Of a DNA stretch of 64,000 nucleotides, positions 61,975 through 64,000 are shown in pieces. Under the pieces are notes generated by a model. The model did no database searches. It was not told the origin of the DNA and was given only the letters and a program-made list of their open reading frames with translations. The translations under genes and the position numbers were made by a program. Source of the DNA: the human T2T-CHM13v2.0 reference genome, Homo sapiens; NCBI RefSeq assembly GCF_009914755.1, contig NC_060929.1; one strand, written 5' to 3'. How positions within the stretch are numbered: position 1 is the stretch's first letter; each line of letters begins with the position of its first letter.

Positions 61975-63665
61975 AGTTAAACTTACCATATGACTCAGAA
62001 ATTCCCCTCATAAATATCTACCCAAGAGAAACAAGGCTTGTATGTGAATGTTTGCAAGGGTATTATTCATATAGCTCAAAACTGGAAACAATCCAAATGT
62101 CCATCAACTGATGAATAAAAACCAAAATGTTGAATATTCAACAATGGATTGCTATTCAGCAACAAAAATTAATAAACTACTGATACATGCTCCAACATGA
62201 ATGAACCTCAGAAACATGCTCAATGATAGAAGCCAGACACTAAAGACTATATGTTGTATAATTCCATTTATATATACTTTCCAGCAGAGGTAAATGTATA
62301 GACAGAGACAAAAAGCATATCAGTGCTTGCAGGAGCTGGGTGTTACTGGAGTTGATTTACCTTATCAACAGCACACTCAATTGAGGTGGTCTATGAATGT
62401 CTGCTGCTAAAGTTCTTAGAGGTTCCCTGGTCACCTCCTTTCCTAATATTTGTGCAATTCTTCCTGCAAATCTGTTAGGTACCTTAGTCTTGTAATATAT
62501 TTTGTTTTCTTTTGTGTAGTCAAAGACTGTTAAGGTTTCTAAACATGCCTTAGTCACATCCCAAATCAAGATTTGGTTGTACAATTATTTCTTCCACTCC
62601 ATGAAATACCCTGGCCATCATTGTGTACACTTTTTTTCAGTTTAAGTTAGAGTCATTTCTTTAGTAGTAGAAAGTAATGCCAATGATAAGGTTCCAGAGC
62701 TAGCCCACTAGAGACATCATGAATTGAGAGTTCTGGATCCTGAAAGGCAAAGGTCACGTGGTTTAGCACAGGAGGAGACTAAGAGTTTCTGCTTCAGTTT
62801 TGGAAGAGTACTACTCCAAAACACATTACACATGTGCATGCACACACACACACGCACACTTATGTATGCACAGTTCTCACTCTTTTTCTGATTATTTCTA
62901 GGACAACCTATTTAGCTTTCTTCTTAAGAATATAATCAGCACTCCTCTTTCAAACATAAGACTACTTACAGATCTTTCCTTACCTGAAATTACTCCTAAA
63001 TTATTCTCTACTGTCAAAATTTCCTTTCAGATTCCATAGAGTAGATTCATAGCAGATCCCACTCATTCAAAACCAAAACAAGAAGACTAACAGTCATCAA
63101 AGCCTCTTCTTGTAAGTACATCCCACACTTATCTTATATACTTTCCCAGCTCTAGCATTCTCTTCCTGTCCCTGTACACCCCAGAACTGCTCTCTCCAAA
63201 GTCACCTCCTGGTTCTCAGTCTAGTAAGTACCTAAAATCTATCATGTACATCTTTCTCTTGGTTTTTTCTGTTGCTGTATTTACTGGGGTTTACTTTTTT
63301 GAATTTTTGGTTTCTGGTTGGCTCTTATGGGCCTGAGCCTCCTTGTGAGGAGCTCTTTTTATTTTTTTCACTGAAACTTTGCCATCACTATTCCTATGAT
63401 GTTGTATTTGAAGGTGTTGGGTTAGCATGCAGATGAAATCAAGAGGCCTGGAGATAAAGAAATAGCTGAAAATTGGAGCCGTGAGAATGATTACAGAGTT
63501 TGGAAGCAGAACATGGCATGGAGGTTGGAATTTTAAAATGTATCTCAGAAGTCCATGGTAGAACAGTCACATTGGCCAGAGTGGCAGGGCTGGAACAGGC
63601 CCAGGTTTGGTAAGTTTCCCTGAGAGATTTATAGAGGGATACTGTTACCTCTTCTCCACACGAAA

Positions 63666-63733
63666 GAGTTTGAAACCAGCCTGGGCAGCATAGTGAGACC
63701 TCATCTCTATAACAACAACAACAAAAACAACAA
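63666..63733 (+). mobile_element. Alu/FLAM 3' fragment with an (AAC)n tail
   Basis: GAGTTTGAAACCAGCCTGGGCAGCATAGTGAGACC. Confidence 0.8.
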
Positions 63734-64000
63734 TACCCCCTAGAGCCAAAACCTTTTTCTTCCTTTAAATTTTGTGACTATCCTCCCTCCCAGTTTTCCT
63801 TGGGGCTTGATTTTTTTTTTTTGGCTATTTGTTGTATTTGTCTGTTTAATGTTGTCCACAGCACTTTTCCTGCTACAAACATTCCTGGTGTATCTATATC
63901 TCCTCCCAATCTTAAGTCAAGTGCTATATCTTAGTTCTAGACATTTTTCCTAAATTTCATTTCAGAATGTTGTCCATAAGGGATCTCAATATTTTCTGCT

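Noticed and set aside
62357-62584. 75-aa minus-strand ORF as a CDS
   Set aside because: Non-ATG start and no recognisable homology; kept only as an exon-like finding.

Overview
Primate (human-like) genomic DNA. The first ~5.8 kb is the 3' end of ERBIN (ERBB2IP): the last two coding exons of the PDZ domain (92-166, 1640-1747) and a long AT-rich 3'UTR with tandem poly(A) signals. The remaining ~58 kb is almost entirely transposon-derived intergenic sequence. It holds ~35 Alu/FLAM copies, many old L1M fragments and a 16-kb nested L1 stack (L1MB host, L1PB, and a full-length dead L1PA5-like element inside an Alu tail). It also holds MaLR LTRs (MLT1, THE1D), a truncated class III ERV (LTR53/LTR47-like) with a gamma-type env TM remnant, MER3/MER5/MER47 DNA transposons, MIR/L2 and a 28S rRNA pseudogene fragment. 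I found no convincing new protein-coding system: nearly all ORFs in the track are repeat artefacts. The most unusual signal is a dense set of local template-switch scars: two dispersed templated insertions, a microhomology-primed fold-back in THE1D, a perfect 34-bp palindrome in an Alu, a 351-bp tandem duplication and a permuted 28S fragment. Repeat subfamily names are from recall of consensus sequences, identities were counted by eye, and old-repeat boundaries are approximate.
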